Shown: one piece after another, positions 63,260-64,000 of the stretch
How the letters are laid out: each line of letters opens with the position of its first letter
Position numbering within the stretch: position 1 is the first letter of the stretch
Source of the DNA: Hypanus sabinus
Taxonomy: Eukaryota
DNA length: 64,000 nucleotides
NCBI RefSeq assembly: GCF_030144855.1
Contig: NC_082732.1
Span: 23,622,001 to 23,686,000 of the forward strand
Direction of reading: 5' to 3'
Position numbers and translations under genes: made by a program
The notes under the pieces: generated by a model
The model's input: only the letters and a program-made list of their open reading frames with translations
Databases searched by the model: none
What the model was told of the DNA's origin: nothing

Positions 63260-63780
63260 GCATCTGTCTCTCCCTCTCCTCTCTTCCCACCTCCCCAATC
63301 TTCCCTATCCACCCTCTCTCCCTCATCCCCCACCTCCCTATCTGCTCTCCCCTCCATCCCCCTTCTCCTCCTCTTCTCTTCCCACCTCCCCAATCTTCCC
63401 TATCCACCCTCTCCTCCCCTCATCCCCACCTCCCTATCTCCTCTCCCCTCCATCCCCCTTCTCCTCCCTCCTCTCCCCCACATCCCTCCTCCTGTCCTAC
63501 CCTCCCCACTCTTCCCATCTCTCTCCTCTCCACTTTTCCTCTCTGCCCCTTGTACTTCTCTACCCCATACCCCGTCTCTCCTCCCTCTCCCCTCTTCCTC
63601 CTCTACTCATCCCACTGCCCCATCTTCCCTTACCCTCTTCTTCTTCTCCCCTCCTCCCCATCCCTTCCCTTCACTCCTCCCCACCTCTCTGACCCCTTCT
63701 CCTTTTCTCCCCCTCTCCTGGCTCCCCACCCCTCCTCTCTTCAACCCCGCTGCCCCTTCACCCCTGCAACACTCTCCTCG
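63260..63780. repeat. ~520-bp C/T-rich polypyrimidine low-complexity tract with internal repeats
   Basis: Almost G-free + strand; recurring units such as cccacctccccaatcttccctatccaccctctc and catcccccacctccctatct...catcccccttctcctcc. Confidence 0.9.
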
Positions 63781-63789
63781 GTATGAATG

Positions 63790-63920
63790 AACGTCGAAAT
63801 GCCCGCCAATCACCGAAGTTCGCTGACGTCACAGAGTACGTTCTTGCTCGTGACCGCGGCTGCTCACGTGACAACCGGCTCTCTGTCTTGTTGGAGTCGT
63901 CGTCGGGAATCTCAGAGGTA
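63790..63920 (+). promoter_or_regulatory. Promoter and probable non-coding first exon of an unidentified downstream gene
   Basis: CpG-rich; CCAAT 63806-63810, full CRE TGACGTCA 63824-63831, E-box TCACGTGAC 63864-63872, splice donor GAG|GTAAAG at 63917/63918 followed by T-rich intron-like sequence. Confidence 0.65.
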
Positions 63921-64000
63921 AAGCCTTTCTGTCGTTTTGTTCGTATTATATTATAAGATTATGTTTTGTTGGTCTGTGTTTTTGGCGAAAATTGTATTTC

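Noticed and set aside
63154-63786. 210-aa Pro/Ser/Leu-rich ORF
   Set aside because: Translation artefact of a C/T tract, which can hardly contain stop codons; no domain pattern.

Overview
Eukaryotic, intron-rich, repeat-dense genomic DNA. The repeat families (CR1, L1/Tx1, Rex-Babar/L2, Penelope-like, V-SINE-like, Gypsy, class-I ERV, hAT, Helitron) suggest a cartilaginous fish, probably a ray (inference). Most ORFs in the six-frame track are spurious or TE-derived. Two real spliced genes lie in tandem on the minus strand. The first is a complete 8-exon PINK1 (41233->24137, 1866-nt CDS, 621 aa). The second is exons 1-6 of AGMAT (11542->365); its last exon is not visible and presumably lies left of the window. 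A CpG-rich promoter and probable non-coding first exon of a third, unidentified + strand gene start at the right edge. Most noteworthy: (1) PINK1 kinase insertion 1 is about twice the human length and carries a serine-primed LIR-like motif (SSSLSFVVLE); (2) about 10 Penelope-derived repeats carry a minimal hammerhead-ribozyme fold, some in inverted pairs; (3) two sense-oriented solo LTRs with non-canonical TA...CA ends lie in PINK1 intron 1, one supplying a stop codon and poly(A) signal after exon 1; (4) a young gag-protease-only LTR element is flanked by a ~30-bp duplication instead of its family's 4-bp TSD; (5) there are upstream ORFs on both genes and a stop-free 3n intron in AGMAT. Exon boundaries were read by eye from splice signals and frame continuity. 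Comparisons to human genes are from memory. Repeat boundaries are approximate unless a TSD is quoted.
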